From: a virus
Taxonomy: Duplodnaviria > Caudoviricetes
DNA length: 51,324 nucleotides
Reading direction: 5' to 3' (one strand)
IMG/VR virus record: IMGVR_UViG_3300033076_000403
Coordinates: 1 to 51,324 of that record
The number at the start of each line of letters is the position of its first letter. Position 1 is the stretch's first letter. Of this stretch, positions 37,484 through 44,303 are shown one piece after another. The notes under the pieces are model-generated. The model was not told the DNA's origin, searched no databases, and saw only the letters and a list, made by a program, of their open reading frames with translations. Position numbers and translations under genes: made by a program.

Positions 37484-37767
37484 TTGTAGCCCCCGCCTTT
37501 GGCTTTGTACTGCTTGGCCAGCAACTGTGCCTTACGCGCACTCCACTGACCTGCCGCAGTACCTTGCACAGCGCGTGATTTGATGGACTCAAACAATGAT
37601 TTGCGCATACCGGGCTTGGTGTAAACACCAGCCTCGTTGACTTTGGACTTGGTTTTGCCACCCTCGGCGTACATGTCAACTTGATTCGGGTCATCCTTAC
37701 GCTCGATGACCTTCTTCTTGGGCATTTTGCTGGGGCGGATCGCACCCATTCCACGAGAGGCCATCAT
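37480..37767 (-). CDS. small basic protein with YAEGG motif, DUF5872-like N-terminal half
   Basis: YTKPGMRK..GQWSARKAQLLAKQYKAKGGGY. Confidence 0.75.
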   Translation of the reverse strand: MMASRGMGAIRPSKMPKKKVIERKDDPNQVDMYAEGGKTKSKVNEAGVYTKPGMRKSLFESIKSRAVQGTAAGQWSARKAQLLAKQYKAKGGGYK

Positions 37768-37991
37768 ACGTATTTACCCCTAGTCTTACCCCTACAAGCA
37801 CAGCCATCAGCGGACTTCACGAAGCCGCCTTTCTTGGCCATGATCGTAGGGTTGTTAGCCTGCTGCATGTTGTCCAGCACTTCACGAGTGGTTTGTGAAC
37901 GATCAACCGTCCCCGATGATGTTGGGGGTTGTGGTTGGTACGCCCCGACTGCTATGGAGCCGCCATCAGAGAAGCGCTTTTTGCGAGTCAC
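37764..37991 (-). CDS. small protein with FSDGG/AKKGG motifs
   Basis: GTG start overlapping the upstream TGA; ends ADGCACRGKTRGKYV. Confidence 0.7.
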   Translation of the reverse strand: MTRKKRFSDGGSIAVGAYQPQPPTSSGTVDRSQTTREVLDNMQQANNPTIMAKKGGFVKSADGCACRGKTRGKYV

Positions 37992-38224
37992 TTCTTGCCT
38001 TTCGCATAGCCACCGCCGCACATCGCGGCAACGTGGTCCATGTGCAGCTTGTGACCAGCAGCGTGTTTGCCGTAGACCTTGCTGTGATGGACATGGCCAC
38101 CTTCAGCGTAGGGTGTGGTACGCGATGCTTCATAGGCACGCTCAGCTTTACGCTGGTCGGCCATCTCTTTGGCTTCAGCCCGCGCACGGCGGGTCTCGGC
38201 GTCGTCTTTGGAATAGTCAGCCAT
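37988..38224 (-). CDS. small His-rich protein with YAEGG motif
   Basis: 78-aa ORF tightly packed in the operon. Confidence 0.7.
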   Translation of the reverse strand: MADYSKDDAETRRARAEAKEMADQRKAERAYEASRTTPYAEGGHVHHSKVYGKHAAGHKLHMDHVAAMCGGGYAKGKK

Positions 38225-38226
38225 GT

Positions 38227-38778
38227 TTACACCATCTTTCCGCGTGTTTTACCACGCTGAGCAATACCGTCGGCACGCTTGGAGGCGGTCATGCCACCTT
38301 TGGCGTACGCCGGTGCACCGGACTCACCACGAGCACGTAGCGCACGGAAGGCACGGCTGATTGCCGTATCACCCATCGACTCACGCTGCGCGGCACGCTT
38401 TGCGTTCGCTGCGGCCATACCCTCTGCTGTCGGCTCAGCGCGGCGGATAGAGGGGGCAGAAGCTTGACCTGCACGGCCAACACGCGGGCCAGCTGCCTTG
38501 TTTTCAGACTGCTGTGCCTTGATGTCCGCTTTCACCTCTTTGACTGCCGGAGCAGGGGCGGAAGCTTTGGGGGCTCCAGCCATCTCAGTGGTGTAGGACT
38601 TGCCCTGCCACGAGAAGGTTTTGTCGCCAGCCTTGCGTGCACTGGCGAAAGCGTCTTTGAACGAACTCGGCTTGAAGTTCTCAGCCGGTTCGGCTTCTTT
38701 CATGCCCGGTTCGTTGGTGTCTACCGAGCTGTCGGTTTCACCACCATCGTCGTAGCGTTTTGCTTTGCGTGTTGCCAT
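38227..38778 (-). CDS. basic disordered protein with YDDGG/YAKGG motifs
   Basis: TAAGGAG RBS; SFKDAFASARKAGDKTFSWQGKSYTT motif; ends ADGIAQRGKTRGKMV. Confidence 0.8.
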   Translation of the reverse strand: MATRKAKRYDDGGETDSSVDTNEPGMKEAEPAENFKPSSFKDAFASARKAGDKTFSWQGKSYTTEMAGAPKASAPAPAVKEVKADIKAQQSENKAAGPRVGRAGQASAPSIRRAEPTAEGMAAANAKRAAQRESMGDTAISRAFRALRARGESGAPAYAKGGMTASKRADGIAQRGKTRGKMV

Positions 38779-38792
38779 GATGGCTCCTTAGA

Positions 38793-39197
38793 TCAGCACT
38801 TGCCGCCTTTTTTCATGCCCAGAGGTTTGCTGCCGGACATTTTGACTTGTTTGCCTTTGGTATGGCCTTTGGCCTGAACGGTGTGCTCACCGAAAGCCTT
38901 TTTGCCACCAGAGGTAACTTTGCCCATTTTGGCGGTAGTAATACCGCCCTTCATCATCTTCTTAGTAGCCATGACATGGCCTCCTTCTTTGAAAAGTGCG
39001 GCAGCGCCGCGATGGGTTTTGGGGTTGTTCACTTTCTGAAGATCAGCGCGGCTTTGGGTCGCGCCAAACTTTTTTCCTTTGTCCGCTGTCACGAACTCCT
39101 TACCAACGGACTGAGGAATCCCAGTTCGCTTTGCTGCGGCGGGGTTGTTGGCAACCATCGCCATCAGATTGTGCTGAGCTTTGGATTTAGATGGCAC
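38793..39197 (-). CDS. basic protein with FKEGG/MMKGG/MKKGG motifs
   Basis: GTG 39197 after AAGGAG; MPSKSKAQHNLMAMVANNP..GIPQSVGKEF. Confidence 0.75.
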   Translation of the reverse strand: MPSKSKAQHNLMAMVANNPAAAKRTGIPQSVGKEFVTADKGKKFGATQSRADLQKVNNPKTHRGAAALFKEGGHVMATKKMMKGGITTAKMGKVTSGGKKAFGEHTVQAKGHTKGKQVKMSGSKPLGMKKGGKC

Positions 39198-39432
39198 TGC
39201 GTGACTCCTTGATGAAAGCGTCAAGCTTGTCGTTCAGACGAACAAACTGCGTGTCCAGATGGGACACGATCTTGTCTACTTCCGCCTGCGTCACGTTGTC
39301 CCGAGCGATCTCCTCTCGTGTCCTGTTCAACAGGATCGTGATTCGATTTAGCTCCGCTGACTTTTCCTTCAGATTCCAACTGAGTAACCCGATGAATGTA
39401 GTCAGCAAGACGTTCCATACCATCATTTCCAT
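39187..39432 (-). CDS. small protein with N-terminal TM and coiled coil
   Basis: Hydrophobic N-terminus, LLNRTREEIARD..LNDKLD. Confidence 0.7.
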   Translation of the reverse strand: MEMMVWNVLLTTFIGLLSWNLKEKSAELNRITILLNRTREEIARDNVTQAEVDKIVSHLDTQFVRLNDKLDAFIKESRSAI

Positions 39433-39433
39433 G

Positions 39434-39694
39434 TCAGCAATTCCATGCTCTCAAAGATTTGTTAATCCGGGAGTTTGGGTCTTTCTTCGCCTTCTCGCCA
39501 GTCAGCTTCGACTTCATCCCTTCCATCCGGGCACAGAAGCTTTTGCGACGTCCAGCGTCGGCCTTTGTCTTTGGGTTTGGTGCGGGCGGTTTGAGATTCA
39601 TCCCTTGCTTCTTTGCTGAGGCGCGCCCTTTTGCGTTGAGCCCGCCTTTGGGATTCTTCCCTTCCGCCCGCTGCCATGCTGGTGACTTAGCCAT
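39434..39694 (-). CDS. small basic protein, DUF6321-like
   Basis: AWQRAEGKNPKGGLNAKGRAS..RRKSFCARM..DPNSRINKSLRAWNC. Confidence 0.75.
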   Translation of the reverse strand: MAKSPAWQRAEGKNPKGGLNAKGRASAKKQGMNLKPPAPNPKTKADAGRRKSFCARMEGMKSKLTGEKAKKDPNSRINKSLRAWNC

Positions 39695-39959
39695 AGACTA
39701 CGTTGACCGTTGCGCTTGAAAGAGCCGCATACACGCTGGTTGTGCAGAGGACGCCCTCGCCGGGCAACAACACATGCACAGAACCCGCCGCAGCGGGAGC
39801 TGTAAACGACCACACTGTGGTTCCGCTGGAGCCGCCGTCTTTGATTGCCACCGTACCGCCAGAAGCGTAGGCAATCGTGATGGCTTTCACACGGGCGCGG
39901 CCCCCAAAAATGGAGCCGCTTACCGTAGCCTCCGCGCTTTTAACGTCGGTTTGCATCAT
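39687..39959 (-). CDS. small beta-rich virion protein
   Basis: MQTDVKS..RARVKAI..LPGEGVL. Confidence 0.7.
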   Translation of the reverse strand: MMQTDVKSAEATVSGSIFGGRARVKAITIAYASGGTVAIKDGGSSGTTVWSFTAPAAAGSVHVLLPGEGVLCTTSVYAALSSATVNVVYG

Positions 39960-39972
39960 GGAGGTTTACTCC

Positions 39973-40470
39973 TTAGACGTTTTGCTGGCCGCCGTACGGA
40001 TCAACAACGTAGTATGTGATGAAGCCGGTGATTGCGCCGCTAGAAGCGGGGGAGCCACCAACACCGCCGGTGATGTAAACAAAATCAGTTGCGGACATCA
40101 CAGCACCCATCGAAGTACCGGCAGTGGCGGTGCTCAGGTTGACTGTGGCTTTTGCGTCGGAAGGTTGTTCATTCAACAGCGCTTGCACGTTGGTTGTGCC
40201 AGCGGTGTACAGAGTGAAGCCCATGTCGATGGTGGGCGAAGTGCCGCCAGTCGAAGTGGTGGATGCGATGCTGATGGAAGTGATGACTGCGTTGGCGGGC
40301 AGAATCACTTTCGCAGTGTTGGTCGAAGAGACCTGAACTTTGGTAGTGTTGGCTGCGGTAATGTCAGCGATGTAGAACTGAGCGACCATGAGGCCGGTAC
40401 CGCAATAGGCTGTGCGAGTTTGATCGCCGCCGCCCGAACGCCAAATACTTTGGGTGGTAGAGACTGCCAT
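39973..40470 (-). CDS. putative capsid decoration/minor structural protein
   Basis: Ser/Thr-rich beta protein, LPANAVITSI; first gene after the MCP. Confidence 0.65.
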   Translation of the reverse strand: MAVSTTQSIWRSGGGDQTRTAYCGTGLMVAQFYIADITAANTTKVQVSSTNTAKVILPANAVITSISIASTTSTGGTSPTIDMGFTLYTAGTTNVQALLNEQPSDAKATVNLSTATAGTSMGAVMSATDFVYITGGVGGSPASSGAITGFITYYVVDPYGGQQNV

Positions 40471-40553
40471 TTGAATTGTCCTTCGTACAAAGATCAGCTA
40501 GTCAGTTGTGTACGCATCTGCCGGATCAGTCTGACAAGCCGGGAACTCCGGTT
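40471..40553 (-). ncRNA. structured leader RNA downstream of the major capsid gene (Mu-gpT-DE-like candidate)
   Basis: Minus strand: GCUUGUCAG/CUGACUAGC stem, inner CUG/CAG hairpin, loop CGUACA complementary to UGUACG next to the AAGGA RBS (pseudoknot). Confidence 0.55.
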
Positions 40554-40559
40554 TGAGGC

Positions 40560-40588
40560 AATATACCCCAAAAAGAAAAGGGGCACAA
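40560..40588 (-). promoter_or_regulatory. putative sigma70 promoter embedded in the capsid terminator
   Basis: Minus strand TTGTGC-17 bp-TATATT. Confidence 0.45.
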
Positions 40589-40600
40589 GGCCCCTTTTCT
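40570..40600 (-). terminator. rho-independent terminator after the major capsid gene
   Basis: AGAAAAGGGGC-5 nt-GCCCCTTTTCT stem followed by a T-run on the minus strand. Confidence 0.8.
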
Positions 40601-40607
40601 CATCTCA

Positions 40608-41519
40608 TCAGGACGAACCCGAAGAGCCCCACATACCGAGGGGGTCGGACCAACCGAACGAATAACGCTCGCGGGCCTTGTAACGCACGTTGCCGGTGTC
40701 GAAGTCGCCGTCCATGCTGTTTTGCAGCGGTGTACGAACGAAGTGCTTCATACCGTTGGGCACGTCTGTGGTCAAGAACCAAGCGTTGGTGTCGGTCAAG
40801 AAGTGGTTCACTGTGTAGCCTTCAGGCACAGCACCCATGTTCTTGATGGCGTTGATGTCGTTATCGTTAGTACCGACGCGGAGTTCGGTTTCCAACAGAC
40901 GATCAGCAACGAACATCAATGCCGGGGGCACGATGAGCTTTTTGGGCTTAGCAGCGATCAACAGACCACGTTCGTCCGTCCAAGCGGCGATCTGAATAAC
41001 GGCGGCTTCCAAAGAAGTCTCGTTCAGGTCAACTTGAACAGCGGGGGTGTTGCTGTTGGTACCACCAGAAACCAGCGGGTGAGCTGTGCTGAACAGGGCT
41101 TGGCCGTCGCCACCGGGGTAGCTAGAGCTGAAACCGTTGTTCAAAACCGCAGCAGCTTTGACCTGCTTGGTGTATGCCATAGCGCGAGCCAGAGCTTTGG
41201 TGTAGCGAGCAGACAAGCTGTCGTACAAGTTATCTTCAATCGCCTCTTCGGTGATCGAGAAACCCAAAGCGATGGTTTCGTGCGTATAGCGGGTGGTCCA
41301 AGCTTCCTGTGCGTTGTCGTACGCGATGGCAGAACCTTCGTTCTTCACCGGTGCGGCAGAGAAGCCAGACAGCTTGGTTTCTTCTTCAAACGAACGCTCA
41401 GAAGTCTCTGTTTCGTAGATTTCTTTGTGTTCTTCGCCGTAACGAGCATACTCAAGACCGAACAAAGCGTTCAGACCGGGGAGCAACTCTTTCAGCAGTT
41501 GTGCGCGTGAAATAGCCAT
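40608..41519 (-). CDS. major capsid protein (Mu gpT-like/HTVC010P-type)
   Basis: MAISRAQLLKELLPGLNALFGLEY, KNEGSAIAYD, ITEEAIEDNLY, RYKARERYSFGWSD. Confidence 0.92.
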   Translation of the reverse strand: MAISRAQLLKELLPGLNALFGLEYARYGEEHKEIYETETSERSFEEETKLSGFSAAPVKNEGSAIAYDNAQEAWTTRYTHETIALGFSITEEAIEDNLYDSLSARYTKALARAMAYTKQVKAAAVLNNGFSSSYPGGDGQALFSTAHPLVSGGTNSNTPAVQVDLNETSLEAAVIQIAAWTDERGLLIAAKPKKLIVPPALMFVADRLLETELRVGTNDNDINAIKNMGAVPEGYTVNHFLTDTNAWFLTTDVPNGMKHFVRTPLQNSMDGDFDTGNVRYKARERYSFGWSDPLGMWGSSGSS

Positions 41520-41532
41520 GTTTTACTCCTTA

Positions 41533-42207
41533 TCAGACGCCAGTTGGGTTGAGATACTGATGACCACCTGCGACGGTTTGACCGGTCACGTTGGGGGCGT
41601 TCCACTTGACGATAACTTCAACGAAGTTACCAGACGAGTTGGCAGTATCAGGAACAACGTCGATGATGCGGATCGGCAGGGTGGCTGTGGTGGTAGCGCC
41701 AGCAGCGGTATAAATACCGACTTTGGAATCACCAGTCACAGTGGAACCTGTGTTCTGCACCAACTGAGCGTTGGAACCAATCACAGTGCGGCCCAGATAA
41801 GCGGGCAACAAGCCAGAGGTTGTGTCGTCGGCAGTAGTACCGGTCACCAACACAGCCTTGAACAGCTGGTCGGGGTCATCAGCCACGAAGGCCAAGATGT
41901 CGGTACCGGTCTTCACCGCCAAGCTAGCAGGGTAGTACTGCGAGAAGGTGGTTTGGCCAGTCACTGCACTGACGTATTGACAGCCAAGGAACACGCCCAC
42001 GGGGGTAGCCGTAGTAGTGCCGGTGTCAACTTGAAGGGTACCTGTAGATGCGAGTTTCACCACATCGCCGTAGAAGATGTTGGTGTTGTAACCAACACCA
42101 GCGCTACTAGCGATAGCGATTTGACGGGTCGCACCAGCAAATACCTGACCGCCGATCAAATTGACCGGCTTAAGCCCGTAGGGGGCCGAAACGGTAGGGT
42201 ATGCCAT
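41533..42207 (-). CDS. capsid-associated structural protein
   Basis: APYGLKPV..IFYGDVV..GVFLGCQY..DDPDQLF; directly upstream of the MCP. Confidence 0.72.
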   Translation of the reverse strand: MAYPTVSAPYGLKPVNLIGGQVFAGATRQIAIASSAGVGYNTNIFYGDVVKLASTGTLQVDTGTTTATPVGVFLGCQYVSAVTGQTTFSQYYPASLAVKTGTDILAFVADDPDQLFKAVLVTGTTADDTTSGLLPAYLGRTVIGSNAQLVQNTGSTVTGDSKVGIYTAAGATTTATLPIRIIDVVPDTANSSGNFVEVIVKWNAPNVTGQTVAGGHQYLNPTGV

Positions 42208-42222
42208 TTAAGACTCCAGAAT

Positions 42223-42684
42223 TTAAGAACCAGAACCAAAGGACACCTTGCTGGATTTCTCTGCGAACAGAGGCATCCGGGCGTCACTTTGACGAAGGAA
42301 ATTGTTGTCCACCGATTCCACCTGAGCCTTGTTCTGCTGCGCGTAGTAATCTGCGCGCTGCTCCATGAACTCTTCAGGAATACGGCAAAGCAACAAACCA
42401 CCCACTTCGATGTTTCCCTTGAAACGACCTTCGGTGGAGGCGTGCAACATTAGCTCAGGGTAGTCCTCTGCTTTGCAGGGTTCATAACCTTCGCGTAGCT
42501 TGGAAGAAATGTTCGATGGATCAGCGTTCCCCATGATGCTTGTACGCACCCAACGGTGTTTCCAACCGGGTCGTGGGTCGGGTGATGGCAGAACCTCGGG
42601 GGCTCGCCACACGGTCGCACGCTGCATAACAGCACGAGACTCGGCCTCACGGCTTTTACGGTTTTGTGTTTGAACTTGTTCCAT
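42223..42684 (-). CDS. head-module protein
   Basis: W..P..LPSP..HRWVR..REGYEP..IEVGGLLLCRIPEE. Confidence 0.75.
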   Translation of the reverse strand: MEQVQTQNRKSREAESRAVMQRATVWRAPEVLPSPDPRPGWKHRWVRTSIMGNADPSNISSKLREGYEPCKAEDYPELMLHASTEGRFKGNIEVGGLLLCRIPEEFMEQRADYYAQQNKAQVESVDNNFLRQSDARMPLFAEKSSKVSFGSGS

Positions 42685-42686
42685 GT

Positions 42687-43691
42687 TTAATTCCTATCCA
42701 ATTTAGCAACCTGTTTCGCATACTCTTCCAAAGGTACCCCGAGACGGCGAGCAATCGCTGCTTCAGAGGCCTTCAGCTTTACGCGGTTAGGCGGTGTGCT
42801 ACGGGAGGCGGGAGCCACCACAGTAGCGGGTTTTGATGCACGGCGTTGAGGTTCATCCTCTCGGACCGGTTCGACTCTTTTCCGAGGCTCGTCGTCATCC
42901 TCATTGCTCTGAGAGTCTTCAGCGAAGAACTCAGGAAATCGTTTGCGCATTGTTTTGTCGATTGTACGGAAATACTCTTCCGACCCGACATAGTCCGCAC
43001 CATACTGCTTGGCCAATTTCTTGTCAAGGCCCATCGCAGCGGCGGTCATCTCCTCATCGACGCCCCACCAGTCAGAGTTCTCGTTTACCCATTTCTGAGT
43101 ACGACGGCTCAATACCGGCTTCTGGGGTTGCTGAGGTTGGACATTCTGGAACTCGCGGTCATCCACTTCATGTGGACGCATACTCTCGGCTCGTTTGAAC
43201 TCCAGAGTAGCTTCTGCGATTTCCGCTTGTGCGTCGGCCACGGCTTCGTAGTCGGCAGCCTCGTGAGCTTCTTTGAGCTTGCGCTTAGCCGCTTGCAGAC
43301 GGGATTCTGCGGCGGTTTTGGAAGTCTCAATCAGCTCTTTGCTGCCGTTGGCAAGCTGCTGTTGAAGGCGCTTGTTCTCTTCAAACACCTGACGGGCAAA
43401 GGCCTCGGCAGCCTCGCGCTCACGCAGTGCTTCTTCTTTGGCACGGCGCTCGTCATGGTATCCACGGGTGAACTTCTTGATACGCGCTTGAACCTTCTCG
43501 TCATACGAGGCAAGTTCATCTTCGGTGGGTTCTTCCACCGGCTCGCGCATGGGTTTGCGACCGCGATCTTCGGGCGGGGTATCGTCCTCGATCTCAATCT
43601 CAAACTTGTCTTCGGCGGCTTTCTTGCTCGCCTTCTCTTCCTTCTCGTCAGGGAACTCGAAGTCATCCCCTTCAAATTTGGGTAGTGGCAT
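42687..43691 (-). CDS. putative capsid scaffolding protein
   Basis: Acidic, long coiled coil; C-terminal AIARRLGVPLEEYAK; lies between portal and MCP. Confidence 0.7.
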   Translation of the reverse strand: MPLPKFEGDDFEFPDEKEEKASKKAAEDKFEIEIEDDTPPEDRGRKPMREPVEEPTEDELASYDEKVQARIKKFTRGYHDERRAKEEALREREAAEAFARQVFEENKRLQQQLANGSKELIETSKTAAESRLQAAKRKLKEAHEAADYEAVADAQAEIAEATLEFKRAESMRPHEVDDREFQNVQPQQPQKPVLSRRTQKWVNENSDWWGVDEEMTAAAMGLDKKLAKQYGADYVGSEEYFRTIDKTMRKRFPEFFAEDSQSNEDDDEPRKRVEPVREDEPQRRASKPATVVAPASRSTPPNRVKLKASEAAIARRLGVPLEEYAKQVAKLDRN

Positions 43692-43701
43692 TGTTCACTC
43701 C

Positions 43702-44112
43702 TTAAGCAGCGCGGGTAATCCCACGCGGGTCTTCAACAACAGCCTCAACCGAATCATCATTGATGATGCGGAACTCTCGGCCATGAATCTTCAGGCGGGT
43801 GCCTGAATTGGGTCGCACGATGATGAAATCACCCTGCTTGCAGCTCGGCCCACTGGGGAACCGAGTTTTGTCTGCGTAGGCATCGGGGCCCAGCTTCACG
43901 ACGAACAGGACGGGAGTAAGCAACTCTTCCTTCCAAACTTCGCCAGCTGATTTCACGATGCCTACGTCGCTGTCCGCGTACTCCTCCATTGCTTCTGGTA
44001 CAACGCACAGAAGGTGGAAAGTCTTGGGATCAGGCAGCTGTTTGGCTTTCTCCTCGGCACTCTTATTCAAAATGCCGGTGAGGTCCACAGCGGAAACGTC
44101 AAAGTCGCTCAT
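43702..44112 (-). CDS. groES: GroES-like co-chaperonin
   Basis: P...LL..P....GI...VVKLGPDAY..CKQGDFII...GTRLKIHGREFRIINDDSVEAVV matches the Cpn10 pattern. Confidence 0.75.
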   Translation of the reverse strand: MSDFDVSAVDLTGILNKSAEEKAKQLPDPKTFHLLCVVPEAMEEYADSDVGIVKSAGEVWKEELLTPVLFVVKLGPDAYADKTRFPSGPSCKQGDFIIVRPNSGTRLKIHGREFRIINDDSVEAVVEDPRGITRAA

Positions 44113-44303
44113 TCGCGCTCCATTCTTTGCACGAGGTCGTTGATGATAGAGTCTGCGAGGTTTAGACCTCGGATCACCCCACAGACTTTTTTGTATTCGT
44201 CGAACGTATCGGCCCGACTAGCGGCAAGGAACGCGGTTTGTTCCTGAATCATTTTCTCGATCTCTTTTTGCACGTGTGCTAGCACACGGATAGATTCGCT
44301 CAT
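44109..44303 (-). CDS. hypothetical protein
   Basis: 64 aa; FDEYKKVCGVIRGL; coupled to the portal (ATGA-type overlaps). Confidence 0.75.
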   Translation of the reverse strand: MSESIRVLAHVQKEIEKMIQEQTAFLAASRADTFDEYKKVCGVIRGLNLADSIINDLVQRMERE

